Part shown: piece after piece, positions 9,092-18,613 of the stretch
How the letters are laid out: each line of letters starts with the position of its first letter
Numbering within the stretch: the stretch's first letter is position 1
DNA from: Cyanophyceae cyanobacterium
Lineage (GTDB): Bacteria > Cyanobacteriota > Cyanobacteriia > Cyanobacteriales > JBHJGN01
NCBI GenBank assembly: GCA_050331735.1
Contig: JBHJGN010000001.1
Coordinates: forward strand, 37,869-101,868
DNA length: 64,000 bases
Direction of reading: 5' to 3'
Made by a program: the position numbers and the translations under genes
Notes under the pieces: generated by a model
What the model was told of the DNA's origin: nothing
Databases searched by the model: none
The model's input: only the letters and a program-made list of their open reading frames with translations

Positions 9092-10543
9092 GTGCATACC
9101 AATCACTTCGACAGTTGTTCTATGAGGTTCTTCGCTGTTTTTAGTTTATCGGCTCAGTGGCTCCCCACGGCTGGCCTTCTGCTGAGTGCTTCCTTCTTGC
9201 CGCCAACCCTAGCTCAGCCTGCCCCAGCCCTGCCCTCTCTCGGCGCAAGCGTTAATTCGGTAGAAACCGACTATACGCTAGGGGCGGGCGATCGCCTCCG
9301 CATTGATATTTTGCAGGTTGAAGAGTTCAGCGGCGAATATCTGGTATTGGTCGATGGCACCATCAGCTTACCTCTAGTTGGCAGAATTCAGGCCGAAGGA
9401 CAAACAATTCCGCAGGTTTCTACGGCTGTTAGTCAGGCCTACACTCAGTACTTAAAGCGTCCCGTTGTTACCGTTAGTCTGCTGTCGCCTCGTCCTCTTA
9501 AGCTCGCTATTTCTGGAGAAGTCAATCGCCCCGGTTCCTATACGGTCGATCTTAACGAGACGGGAAAATTTCCCTCGGTAACCGATTTAATTAGGCAAGC
9601 CGGAGGATTGAGAGCTACGGCGAATATTCGTTCTGTTCAGGTGCGCCGCTTTCTAGAGGGCAGAGAACAGGTTTTAAACGTTAACCTGTGGGAGCTTCTC
9701 GAACAGGGAAATCTGGCTCAGGATGTGACTCTGCGCGATGGAGATACCGTCATCATTCCGACCCAAGACAGAATTGATGTTGCAGAAACGTTCCAGCTTG
9801 CCGATGCCAGCTTCGGTATCGCCACTAATCAGCCCGTCAACGTTGCCGTTGTCGGCGAGGTTAACCGTCCTGGGTCTTACCAGGTAACGCCCCAGCAGAT
9901 CACAAGAGACACCGGACAAAGCGTTCCGCTACCGCCTAGACTCACTCAGGCAGTTGCCCAAGCTGGAGGCATTGAACCGCTAGCTGACGTTCGTAACGTT
10001 GAGGTTCGTCGCTTAACTCGCTCTGGGGCGGTGCAAACGATTGAGGTCAATCTTTGGGAGCTGCTTCAATCAGGCAACACCTATGAAGATGTCATTCTCC
10101 AAGAGGGCGATACCATTGTGATTCCTACCGCTACAGACCTCGACCCAGAAGAAGCCGAATCATTAGCATCAGCAAGCTTCGCTCCAGAAACAATTCAGGT
10201 CAACGTAGTCGGTGAAGTAGAAAACCCCGGCGTTGTCCAAGTTGACCCCAATACGCCCCTCAATCAGGCACTGCTCGCCGCCGGCGGATTTGACGAGCAA
10301 AGAGCCGACGAAAGTGAAGTCGAACTCATTCGCCTCAATCCAAACGGAACAGTCTCTAAACGAGAGGTAAACATCGATTTGTCTGCTGGGATCAACGAGG
10401 AAACTAACCCCACCTTACGCAATAACGACGTGGTTGTGGTAGAGCGCTCCGGATTTACTCAGGCAACGGATGTTTTAGGAAATGTCTTAAGACCCGTTGT
10501 GAATGCATTTACGCTATTTCAGCTATTTGGAGTCGATTTCTAA
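9092..10543 (+). CDS. polysaccharide export protein (Wza-like, Poly_export + repeated SLBB domains)
   Basis: Signal-like N-terminus. YTLGAGDRLRIDIL....GEY.VLVDGTISLPLVGRIQAEGQT is the Poly_export motif. Three reiterated soluble-ligand-binding beta-grasp units (..NRPGSY.V...). GTG start at 9092, alternative ATG at 9122. Confidence 0.85.
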   Translation: MHTNHFDSCSMRFFAVFSLSAQWLPTAGLLLSASFLPPTLAQPAPALPSLGASVNSVETDYTLGAGDRLRIDILQVEEFSGEYLVLVDGTISLPLVGRIQAEGQTIPQVSTAVSQAYTQYLKRPVVTVSLLSPRPLKLAISGEVNRPGSYTVDLNETGKFPSVTDLIRQAGGLRATANIRSVQVRRFLEGREQVLNVNLWELLEQGNLAQDVTLRDGDTVIIPTQDRIDVAETFQLADASFGIATNQPVNVAVVGEVNRPGSYQVTPQQITRDTGQSVPLPPRLTQAVAQAGGIEPLADVRNVEVRRLTRSGAVQTIEVNLWELLQSGNTYEDVILQEGDTIVIPTATDLDPEEAESLASASFAPETIQVNVVGEVENPGVVQVDPNTPLNQALLAAGGFDEQRADESEVELIRLNPNGTVSKREVNIDLSAGINEETNPTLRNNDVVVVERSGFTQATDVLGNVLRPVVNAFTLFQLFGVDF

Positions 10544-10598
10544 CGGACTAGCTAGTCTAAATGTAATGTGAGGATACTGAGGAGTGAAAGAGTGACGA

Positions 10599-12884
10599 AT
10601 GAAAAATACTCATTCTGAAGAGTTGAGACTGCCGAGCGGAAATAATGGATATCAAGCTTATCCATTTCCTCCAGCTCCCCCGGTTCGCGTCGATGAAGAT
10701 GAATCTAATCTCGATCTCCGCCAGCTCTGGACGGTGGTTCGGCATCGGATGCGCTTGTTTGCTGGGGTGGCGTTAGGCGTGACGACCGTGATTGGATTGT
10801 GGACGTTTAATCAAACGCCTAAGTACCAAGGAGATTTCGATTTGCTGATTGAGTCAGCAACCGGAGGAGAATCAAACGAATCGTTTCTGGGCTGGGGTGT
10901 GCCTCTTGTTGATTATGAAACAAAAATTGAGCTTCTCAGCAGCCCGAGCGTATTAGAACCCATTGCCGAGCAAATTGCTCAACAGTATCCAGGAACAACC
11001 TACAAAAAGATTGTTGGCGCACCGCTGAGAATTACTCAAGTTAAAGACACCAAGATCCTACAGGTAACCTATCAAGATGAAGATCCTGAGAAAGTGGAGT
11101 ACGTGCTTGAGCAGATTGCTCAGGGGTATCTAAACTATTCTCTCTCTGAACGGCAAATAGAAATTAATCAGGGAATTGAGTTTGTTGAAGAGCTGTTGCC
11201 GGGGTTGCGAGAGCGAGTAGATGGTTTGCAGGAAAGATTGCAAAAATTTCGGCAACAGTATAATCTTCTCGATCCAGAAAATCAGGCAGGAACGTTATCC
11301 AATCAGCTTATTAATTATGAATCTCAGTATTTCGAAACGCAGGTAGAGCTCGGCGAAGCCCGTTCTCGCTATCAGCTTTTACAGAACCAACTGGGTCTCG
11401 ATCCTCAAGAGGCATTAGTATCTAGCTATTTGAGTGAGTCTCCCCGCTACCAAAATCTGCTCAATCAGCTTCAGGAAATAGAAATTGAGCTGGCTGAACA
11501 GTCGGCCATATTTCGCGAAGGGACACCAACCATTGCCGCCCTTGAAGAAGAACGAGCTAATTTACTGCCTCTCCTTCAGCAGGAAGCACAAACTGTTCTA
11601 GGACAAGTTTTTAATCCAGATAACATAGAAACCTTAGCGTCACCCAGCTCCCTGCGCCTAGAGCTGAAGCAAGACTTCATCCTCACGGCAAACGAGCTTC
11701 AAATTCTGGAGCTGCGCCGTCAAGCTTTAGAGCAAGCCACTCGTTCGCTCAATCAGCAGGTCCAGCAAATGCCGGTTTTGGCTCGCTATTACACAGATAT
11801 TCAGCGAGAACTTGAAGTAGCCACAGAAAGCCTCAATCGCTTCCTCAAGGCGCGGGAAGAGCTGCAGTTTGAGGCGGCGCAAAAAGCCTTGAAATGGAAG
11901 ATTATTGCGCATCCTGAAGAACCTTCTAATCCAATCTCTCCGCGCCCGGTTCAAGCCATAAGCTTTGGCATTGTTGCTGGCCTGTTGCTGGGTCTTGTTG
12001 CGGCTTACATTGCTGAACGACTCGATCCCGTTTTCCACTCCTCCGAGGAACTCAAAGACGCGATTAAACTGCCAATTCTGGCTAATATTCCCATTCAAAA
12101 GGATCTAGACGTCATTGAGCAAACCTTAGAAGGCAGCGTTCCTCAGCTACAAATTGGCGATCGCAAGCTCAACATCACTTCCCCTGCTAATGGTCATCAG
12201 AAAGAGCAGCGCTATCAGTCTTCTCCCTTCTTGGAAGCGTTTCGTTCACTCAATACTAATATTCGCTTGTTGGGGTCTGAAACTCGCAATACGTCTTTGG
12301 TGGTGAGTTCTTCAGCTCCAGCCGAGGGAAAATCCACCGTTTCGGTTCATTTGGCTAAAGCAGCGGCGGCTATGGGTCAGCGGGTGCTCATTATCGATGC
12401 TGACCTGCGACGACCGCAGGTTCACAAGCGTCTTGGCCTTGAACAGGATGGCCCGGGGTTAAGTAACGTCATTGCTGATGGCTTAGATGTTGAAGAGGTC
12501 ATTCAGCGAGTGCCGCAGACAGACAACTTGTTTGTGCTTACGGCTGGAGAAACCGCTCCCGATCCGCCTAGACTGCTCTCTTCGAGAAGAATGCATCAAA
12601 TCATGGAGCATCTCCAGAAAGAAAATAATTACGATCTCATCGTTTACGATACCCCGCCTCTGCTGGGATTCGCAGACGGTAGACTGCTCGCTCCTCGCAC
12701 CAACGGGGTAGTCTTGGTCGTCAAAATGAGTAAAACCGATCGTAGTGCTCTTAAACAAACCATCGACCAGCTCAAGCTAGCGCGAGCTTCCGTCCTGGGC
12801 GTGGTTGCTAATGGAGTTAGCCGTCACGGTCATGGCTCCTACTACTACAGTCACTACTATCGCTACTACAATAAAGAGCGGTAA
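10599..12884 (+). CDS. polysaccharide chain-length determinant / BY-tyrosine kinase (Wzc/GumC-like)
   Basis: 761 aa. Wzz-type TM-coiled coil-TM periplasmic region. C-terminal P-loop SSAPAEGKST, Walker B-like LIIDADLRRP and DLIVYDTPP. Terminal tyrosine cluster GSYYYSHYYRYY. Adjacent to the wza-like gene. Confidence 0.85.
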   Translation: MKNTHSEELRLPSGNNGYQAYPFPPAPPVRVDEDESNLDLRQLWTVVRHRMRLFAGVALGVTTVIGLWTFNQTPKYQGDFDLLIESATGGESNESFLGWGVPLVDYETKIELLSSPSVLEPIAEQIAQQYPGTTYKKIVGAPLRITQVKDTKILQVTYQDEDPEKVEYVLEQIAQGYLNYSLSERQIEINQGIEFVEELLPGLRERVDGLQERLQKFRQQYNLLDPENQAGTLSNQLINYESQYFETQVELGEARSRYQLLQNQLGLDPQEALVSSYLSESPRYQNLLNQLQEIEIELAEQSAIFREGTPTIAALEEERANLLPLLQQEAQTVLGQVFNPDNIETLASPSSLRLELKQDFILTANELQILELRRQALEQATRSLNQQVQQMPVLARYYTDIQRELEVATESLNRFLKAREELQFEAAQKALKWKIIAHPEEPSNPISPRPVQAISFGIVAGLLLGLVAAYIAERLDPVFHSSEELKDAIKLPILANIPIQKDLDVIEQTLEGSVPQLQIGDRKLNITSPANGHQKEQRYQSSPFLEAFRSLNTNIRLLGSETRNTSLVVSSSAPAEGKSTVSVHLAKAAAAMGQRVLIIDADLRRPQVHKRLGLEQDGPGLSNVIADGLDVEEVIQRVPQTDNLFVLTAGETAPDPPRLLSSRRMHQIMEHLQKENNYDLIVYDTPPLLGFADGRLLAPRTNGVVLVVKMSKTDRSALKQTIDQLKLARASVLGVVANGVSRHGHGSYYYSHYYRYYNKER

Positions 12885-12907
12885 TCCCTTTAAGAAAGCG
12901 GCAGCAT

Positions 12908-13456
12908 GTGGTTTTGAGCGTGAATACGTCAGTTCTTTCCTCAACTTTCCTGCTCACCCTTCTCCTGATGGTGGGACTGTTTTTTTTCATCCGGGCTTCA
13001 ACCAAGGATCGCACTCAGCAGCTCGAACTGGTAGCGCAGGCTCCCGGAACCCAGCTCATGAATCAAATGCGAGAATACTTTGAACGCCGCGCTTACCGAA
13101 CGACTGCTGTTGATGAGACGAAGCAGGTGGTGACTTTAGAGGGGTTTGTCCGCCCGAGTCTTTTTTTGGCTCTCTTTCTGACTGCTTTAGCAGGAATAGG
13201 TTTTCTTTGTCTCGCCCTCGTCTTGGCGATCCTGTCTCCGCCGCTCAAGTTTAGTTTTGCTCTCATTCTCCTTGCTCCGGGAGCCGGGATTTTCTACTGG
13301 CGGCGAGCTGGGCGGGTAGAACAGGTTCAATTTGAGGTTCAACCGCTAGCAACGGAGAAGAGTCTGCTAACGGTTACAGCCCACAGAGACGAGTTGAATC
13401 AGCTACGACAGGCCTATCCGCAGTTGACCGCGAGCAGTAATCAGCAACTCAGTTAA
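12908..13456 (+). CDS. membrane protein, probably cofactor assembly of complex C subunit B (CCB1-like)
   Basis: 182 aa with GTG start. N-terminal TM followed by FFFIRASTKDRT, which I recall as typical of the CCB1 family, then two further TM helices. Assignment is from memory only. Confidence 0.45.
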   Translation: MVLSVNTSVLSSTFLLTLLLMVGLFFFIRASTKDRTQQLELVAQAPGTQLMNQMREYFERRAYRTTAVDETKQVVTLEGFVRPSLFLALFLTALAGIGFLCLALVLAILSPPLKFSFALILLAPGAGIFYWRRAGRVEQVQFEVQPLATEKSLLTVTAHRDELNQLRQAYPQLTASSNQQLS

Positions 13457-13528
13457 CTGAATCACCGTGAGGAGCCAGTCGTAAAGTTTCTTAATCTACA
13501 ATAGATGAAGATGAGTTGACTAACAAAA

Positions 13529-14182
13529 ATGGTTTTGTTTGGATTTAATAAAAAGCGCCTGCCGTCTCCGGAGGAAGCCTTACCGGGACGCACGGAGCCC
13601 ATCCCGGTTCCAGAGCATCACTTCGTTAATGGCAATCCCCTGAAGCCTCCTTTCCCAGAAGGCATGGAAATGGCTCTATTTGGTCTGGGCTGCTTCTGGG
13701 GAGCAGAACGCCGATTCTGGCAGCAGCAAGGAGTTTATGTAACCGCCGTTGGCTATGCTGGCGGGAGCACTCCTAACCCAACCTACCAGGAAGTCTGTAC
13801 TGGCATGACAGGACACAATGAAGTAGTGCGTGTCGTTTTTGACCCTGAAAAAATTACCTATGAGACACTGCTCAAAGTCTTTTGGGAAAGTCACGATCCC
13901 ACTCAGGGAATGCGCCAGGGCAATGATGTCGGTACGCAGTATCGCTCTGGGATTTACACAACTTCTGCTGCACAAATGCAGCTAGCGCGAGCCTCACAAG
14001 CGGCCTTTCAGGAAGCTTTAGAGCAAGCTGGATACGGCAAAATTACAACAGAAATTCAAGAAGCTCCCGAATTTTATTATGCGGAAGGCTATCATCAGCA
14101 GTATCTGGCTAAGAATCCTAACGGCTACTGCGGCTTAGGCGGAACCAACGTGAGTTGTCCCGTTGGCAACTTGACTGCCTAG
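13529..14182 (+). CDS. msrA: peptide-methionine (S)-S-oxide reductase MsrA
   Basis: Catalytic motif [47 protein letters not shown]. Confidence 0.92.
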   Translation: MVLFGFNKKRLPSPEEALPGRTEPIPVPEHHFVNGNPLKPPFPEGMEMALFGLGCFWGAERRFWQQQGVYVTAVGYAGGSTPNPTYQEVCTGMTGHNEVVRVVFDPEKITYETLLKVFWESHDPTQGMRQGNDVGTQYRSGIYTTSAAQMQLARASQAAFQEALEQAGYGKITTEIQEAPEFYYAEGYHQQYLAKNPNGYCGLGGTNVSCPVGNLTA

Positions 14183-14428
14183 CAACTGCGCAAACCGAGA
14201 GCCAACAGCACCGAATCTGAAGGCAATTCTGCTCAGGCAGCCTAGCCGTAAACGATTAAGCTCCTTCAATAGCGCTGGCTTAAAGTAAGCTACGCTACAC
14301 CTGCCCTCCAGTACCGGAGAGCAGGTGGGAGTACCCAAATTAAACTCTGAGCAATAGCTGGATGAGAAAGTGTAGCGCAGCTTTGCAGATTAGGCTATCT
14401 CTTAAACGGAAGCTTAAGTTGATTTACG

Positions 14429-14785
14429 TTATCGGACAACAGCAGTCGCCGCCGTCTGTTTATCCCGAGAATTGATAGCAGCAGTCGTTGCCGTTTTTTT
14501 GTCTTGAGGAATATGTAAACGTAAACTAGGAAACAAAAAATGATTCTCTTCAACGTATTGGGCTCCAAATAGCCCTTTCTCTGCCCAGAAATATCTATCT
14601 GTCGTATGTTCGTTTCTTCTCACCACTAGCACTGCCGGAGGTGCAATATTTAGAGAGGCTATATATTTTCTCGCGGCGGTGACTGGTTTATCTTCTCCAC
14701 TTTCAATACTATACTGGGGTACTAGTTCTAAGATTTTCCGTCCTTCTTGGCGGCGGCGGCTTTTCCGTTTTCGTTTTCTTGCCAA
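14429..14785 (-). CDS. hypothetical protein with K/R-rich N-terminus
   Basis: 118-aa ORF with TTG start. MARKRKRKSRRRQEGRK... then ...RNEHTTDRYFWAEKGLFGAQYV. No family confidently recognised. Confidence 0.45.
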   Translation of the reverse strand: MARKRKRKSRRRQEGRKILELVPQYSIESGEDKPVTAARKYIASLNIAPPAVLVVRRNEHTTDRYFWAEKGLFGAQYVEENHFLFPSLRLHIPQDKKTATTAAINSRDKQTAATAVVR

Positions 14786-14907
14786 CCTACTTACCTCCTC
14801 TTTTATTAACTAGCTGTAATCGTGGTTACAAAAGTCGAGGCAATTGTATCCATTCTGTCAAAGAAAAGCAACTCCTCAACAAACTCCTTGAGAACTGAAG
14901 AAGAAGC

Positions 14908-14957
14908 TTAAAAAACAGCCAAAAACCTCAAATATGAGCTCTCGGTGTTTGAGGTTT
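14908..14957 (-). terminator. orphan intrinsic-terminator-like hairpin (minus strand)
   Basis: Perfect 10-bp stem AAACCTCAAA (14923-14932) / TTTGAGGTTT (14948-14957) with a 15-nt loop. On the minus strand it is followed by TT GGCTG TTTTTT. No minus-strand CDS lies upstream of it. Confidence 0.4.
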
Positions 14958-15007
14958 AAAAGATAAAGATTTTTATGTGGTTAAAAAAGTAATTATTATT
15001 TAAAGAA

Positions 15008-15036
15008 ACTACACATATAGGGAGCCATTACGTCAA
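15008..15036 (-). promoter_or_regulatory. candidate sigma70-type promoter (minus strand) upstream of the orphan terminator
   Basis: Minus strand reads TTGACG (15036-15031), 17-nt spacer, TGTAGT (15013-15008). Sequence match only. Confidence 0.2.
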
Positions 15037-15132
15037 TATCCAGCTAAAGAGAGAGGAAATTAGCGTTCTAGGTGAACAATAAATGGGAAAGGGTCAGTTT
15101 CTCTTGAGTGCCGCTGTCTAAGATTAAAATGC

Positions 15133-16446
15133 ATGTTTCATTCTGATTTTTCAATTTCTGCTAGCTCGGATTTTATTGCTCTTTGTCAGTCGCAGGTCGC
15201 TTTACTATCCCAAATCGGAGCCGTCTGGAGTGCTGTATACGTAACAGAAGGGCTGGCAGAGAACTATGCAGACAAGCTCGTTGCTGTTGCTGTCTATCCT
15301 CGTGAAGCCGCTCAAAAATCTGCTCTTCAAGATCAGCGGCCAGAGGTTCCGGCTGCTTTGAGCAAGCTTAATCTTCCCACCCAACTTCCTTCTCGCTTAC
15401 TCACGGCTGTTCCAGAGGAAGCAGGGGCGACTGCTGAGACAGCAATTGAATTTCCTGGGGTACAGGAATTACAAGTCTTGCCAAAATATCAGCTAGTGCT
15501 TCCACTCAGTTATCAGGAGGGAGTGGTGGGACTACTGGTAACGCGGCGCGAAGACAGACCGTGGCTTCAAGGAGAACTCGCTCAAATTCACAATGTTGCT
15601 CAGACCCTTGCGATCGCCCGCCTGCTCGATCGTCACCAGGCGTGGTACAAGCAGCAGTTGGAGGCTCAGCAGCAGATTCGTATCCAAGAACGCGATCGCC
15701 TCGAAACCCTGCTTCATCAGCTCCGTAATCCACTAACCGCCCTGCGCACCTTCAGCAAGCTGCTGCTCAAGCGTTTACTGCCAGAAGACCGCAACCATCC
15801 CGTTGCCAACAGCATCCTGCGAGAAAGCGATCGTCTCCAGGACTTATTGCAGCAGTTCGAGCAGGTGCAGCAGCCTCTAGACTCATCTTTACTTACCCTT
15901 GAAGCTTCGACTACACCAGCCCTCCCCGAAGCCACCTCCTTTATCCAGGCCGAAGCAACAGCCGTCGCTGTTGAGGAGCTTTTAGAACTGCTGCTGGTTT
16001 CTGCCCAGGCGATCGCTCAAGAACGAAACATCGAGCTAACGGCAGACCTGCCGCCGATGCCCCCCGTACGAGGAAATGCGAAAGCTCTACGGGAAGTGTT
16101 TAGCAACTTGCTCGATAACGCCTTAAAATACACTCCGGCGGGCGGTCAGGTAAGGATTTATAAGGTTCCGCAGCGAGGCATTTGGCAAGGAATTGCCATT
16201 CAAGACACGGGCTACGGCATTCCCGCCTCCGAGCAGAAACGAATTTTTGAGCGTCACTATCGAGGTATACAGGCAGATAGTGAAATTCCCGGTAGCGGAT
16301 TAGGACTAGCGATCGCCCGAGAACTCGTTGAGCAAATGCAGGGAAAAATCGAGCTGATCAGCCCCAATCCGGAGCAGACAACACCGCTACCAGGCACGAC
16401 ATTTATTGTTTGGCTTCCTACCGCTGACAGTTCAGTACAGAATTAG
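15133..16446 (+). CDS. GAF-domain sensor histidine kinase (Hik2/CSK-like architecture)
   Basis: 437 aa. N-terminal GAF-like region, H-box LHQLRNPLTALRTFSKLL, N-box FSNLLDNALKYTP, G-boxes IQDTGYGIP and GSGLGLAIAREL. Soluble, no TM. The Hik2 assignment is tentative. Confidence 0.85.
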   Translation: MFHSDFSISASSDFIALCQSQVALLSQIGAVWSAVYVTEGLAENYADKLVAVAVYPREAAQKSALQDQRPEVPAALSKLNLPTQLPSRLLTAVPEEAGATAETAIEFPGVQELQVLPKYQLVLPLSYQEGVVGLLVTRREDRPWLQGELAQIHNVAQTLAIARLLDRHQAWYKQQLEAQQQIRIQERDRLETLLHQLRNPLTALRTFSKLLLKRLLPEDRNHPVANSILRESDRLQDLLQQFEQVQQPLDSSLLTLEASTTPALPEATSFIQAEATAVAVEELLELLLVSAQAIAQERNIELTADLPPMPPVRGNAKALREVFSNLLDNALKYTPAGGQVRIYKVPQRGIWQGIAIQDTGYGIPASEQKRIFERHYRGIQADSEIPGSGLGLAIARELVEQMQGKIELISPNPEQTTPLPGTTFIVWLPTADSSVQN

Positions 16447-16601
16447 GCGCAGGGAAACGGGGAAATTGTCCCTGACGGGACGGGGAAAGGGCAAAAAGTT
16501 CCTCCGAACGGGGAAGGGGGAATTCGTCTCTGAACGGACAGAGAAAGAACACAGGGGTCAAGGAACCAGCTATCGGTCCTCTTTTCCCGCGCCGGCAGCG
16601 C
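16447..16601. repeat. full-length hairpin + G-tract composite repeat
   Basis: Fills the whole spacer between two convergent stop codons (TAG 16444-16446, TTA 16602-16604). G-rich modules include GTCCC-TGAC-GGGAC+GGGGAAAGGGCAAA (16468-) and GTTC-CTCC-GAAC+GGGGAAGGGGGAA (16498-). Core AAAGAACACAG is at 16544-16554. C-rich end is CTCTTTTCCC-GCGC-CGGCA-GCGC. Confidence 0.85.
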
Positions 16602-17012
16602 TTAAACTTCTTGATGGATTTGCTGCCGATATAGCTTCTGAATAATTTTCAAAAGTCTGTAAAAAACTCCTTTCGGAGTTTCTCGGGCCGGATCGAGGCC
16701 CTGTAAGCGCGTGAGCAGTTTAGCTTCTTGAGTATCGATGTTGCCATCGCTGTAGATGAGAGCGCTCATAGCCTTCAGCAGACGCTCATAATCTTCCTGG
16801 GAAGGATGATCGCCTAAGTAATCTTCCAACCAGCCATAACATTCCGCTGGCTTAACGGGTTTTAATTCAAACAGAAGCGGTCTAATTTCTACATCGTCAG
16901 CCACTCCTTGTTCGGCTGCCATGCGACGTAAATAACGCCGTTCTTCTGGCTGTACCATGCCATCAATCCAAGCCGCCCCAATGAGAATCTTGAGTAGTTG
17001 TTTAGTGTTCAT
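16602..17012 (-). CDS. TerB-like (tellurite resistance TerB family) protein
   Basis: 136 aa. KILIGAAWIDGMVQPEERRYLRRMA and ALIYSDGNIDTQEAKLL are the paired helix motifs of the TerB fold. The start overlaps the rsmB stop by 4 nt (ATGA). Confidence 0.6.
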   Translation of the reverse strand: MNTKQLLKILIGAAWIDGMVQPEERRYLRRMAAEQGVADDVEIRPLLFELKPVKPAECYGWLEDYLGDHPSQEDYERLLKAMSALIYSDGNIDTQEAKLLTRLQGLDPARETPKGVFYRLLKIIQKLYRQQIHQEV

Positions 17013-18382
17013 TGCTCTTTGACGAGGTAATCTTGTTTAAGCTTGACCATGAAAAAACCGTCCATCTGATGGTGGTGCGGCAACACTTTAATCCAGCCAG
17101 ATGAGCTGACATAATCCGCTATTGGTTCTGACGGGATCTCGATCTGCCAATGAGGATGGTAGTTGAGAAACGAGTGCAGCACCGCTTCGTTTTCTGGCTG
17201 ACTGAGGGTACACGTAGCATATACTAATGTACCTCCCGGTTTAACCCAAGTGGCTGCTTGTGCTAATAGTTGGTACTGTAGCTCTGAAAGTTCCTGAATC
17301 CGGTCAGGAGATTGTCGCCAGCGAATATCAGGACGACGGTGCAGTGTTCCTAAACCAGAACAGGGAGCATCAATGAGGACGCGATCCGCCCGCTGGGGAA
17401 ATTGAAACTGACGGCTATCGACCTCATGAATGATAATCGACTGAAGCTGTAGGCGCTTGCTGTTGGCTTTGAGCTTGCGCAGCCGACTCGCGGCGCGATC
17501 ACAGGCCCAGATTTGACCGCGATCGCCCATTAGTTCAGCGATGTGAGTGGTTTTGCCCCCGGGAGCTGCACAGGCATCAATAATCACTTCTCCCGGTTGC
17601 GGCGCGAGGAGGTGGGTCACTAGCTGAGCACTACTGTCTTGAACAGTCCACCAGCCGGCTGCAAAGCCGGGCAACTGCTCGATCGAGCGGGTTCCGCCTG
17701 TTAACCTTAGAGACTGGGGCAAGTGGGGCACTCGTTCAACGGCTACTCCCGCAGCGATCAATGTGGCCTCTACTTTATCAACTGATGTTTGCAAAATATT
17801 CACCCGAAGGTCAATTGGGGGGGGGTGGTTAAACCAGTGGCATAGCTGTTCGGTTTCATGAAGACCAATTTGCTTACCCCAGGTTTCGATTAGCCAGTCA
17901 GGAAAACTATGCAAGATCCCAATCCGTTGGTGCGGTTCATCGGGTAACACCAGCGGATCGCCCCTGCGCGAGAGGCGTTCGTAGTGTCTGAGCAACCCGT
18001 TCACAACCCCTGATAATTTAGCCAACCGGTTCTGTTTCGCTAACTCAACGCTGGTATCAACAGCAGCAGCAGCAGGAACTTGGGTAAGATAGCGTAGCTG
18101 GTATAGCCCGAGATGAAGAATAATTCGTAGGTCTGGAGGCTGCTGCACAGCCTTTTTGGTGCCTAACTGATCGATTAAAGCGTCAAGAGAGCGCTGTCTG
18201 CGCACCGTTCCATAGACCAGTTCTGTAAACAATCCACGGTCTATAGTCTTAATGTGAGCTTGGCTGAGGACTCGATCAAGAGCCACATCTGTGTAGGCTT
18301 CCTGCCGATAGACACTCCGAAGCGCCCTAAAGGCAAGTTGACGGGGATTGGCAGCAGAGGACATAGCAAGGATTGACAGCAC
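17009..18382 (-). CDS. rsmB: 16S rRNA (cytosine967-C5)-methyltransferase RsmB
   Basis: 457 aa. N-terminal NusB-like domain. SAM motif IDACAAPGGKTTHIAE. Catalytic Cys motifs DAPCSGLGTLHRRPD and YATCT. Confidence 0.88.
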   Translation of the reverse strand: MLSILAMSSAANPRQLAFRALRSVYRQEAYTDVALDRVLSQAHIKTIDRGLFTELVYGTVRRQRSLDALIDQLGTKKAVQQPPDLRIILHLGLYQLRYLTQVPAAAAVDTSVELAKQNRLAKLSGVVNGLLRHYERLSRRGDPLVLPDEPHQRIGILHSFPDWLIETWGKQIGLHETEQLCHWFNHPPPIDLRVNILQTSVDKVEATLIAAGVAVERVPHLPQSLRLTGGTRSIEQLPGFAAGWWTVQDSSAQLVTHLLAPQPGEVIIDACAAPGGKTTHIAELMGDRGQIWACDRAASRLRKLKANSKRLQLQSIIIHEVDSRQFQFPQRADRVLIDAPCSGLGTLHRRPDIRWRQSPDRIQELSELQYQLLAQAATWVKPGGTLVYATCTLSQPENEAVLHSFLNYHPHWQIEIPSEPIADYVSSSGWIKVLPHHHQMDGFFMVKLKQDYLVKEQ

Positions 18383-18483
18383 CTGATGGCATGAAGGACA
18401 GACTCATATCCTAGCTTCTTGTTTACTGATTAACGATTGTGCTTCTTTGCCTGATGATTTTAAGGCCGCTATAGAGTGCGCTT

Positions 18484-18516
18484 CAAAAATAAAAGTACTC
18501 TTCGATTGAAGAGTAC
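18484..18516 (-). terminator. intrinsic terminator of the small ORF 18614..18811
   Basis: 9-bp stem GTACTCTTC (18495-18503) / GAAGAGTAC (18508-18516), 4-nt loop. On the minus strand it is followed by TTTTATTTTTG. Confidence 0.6.
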
Positions 18517-18613
18517 CCAACTGTCGCTTAAATTAAGTTTTTATTAATCAACAGTCAGGCGGCGGTCTGCCTAACTTATTAAAGTCAACAATGCTGACAA
18601 GTTGTGCTCGTCG

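Noticed and set aside
8947-9102. N-terminal 52 codons of track ORF 8677..9102
   Set aside because: The extension overlaps the divergent wza-like start and has no similarity to the Trp-rich family. The internal ATG 8946 gives the expected ~89 aa.
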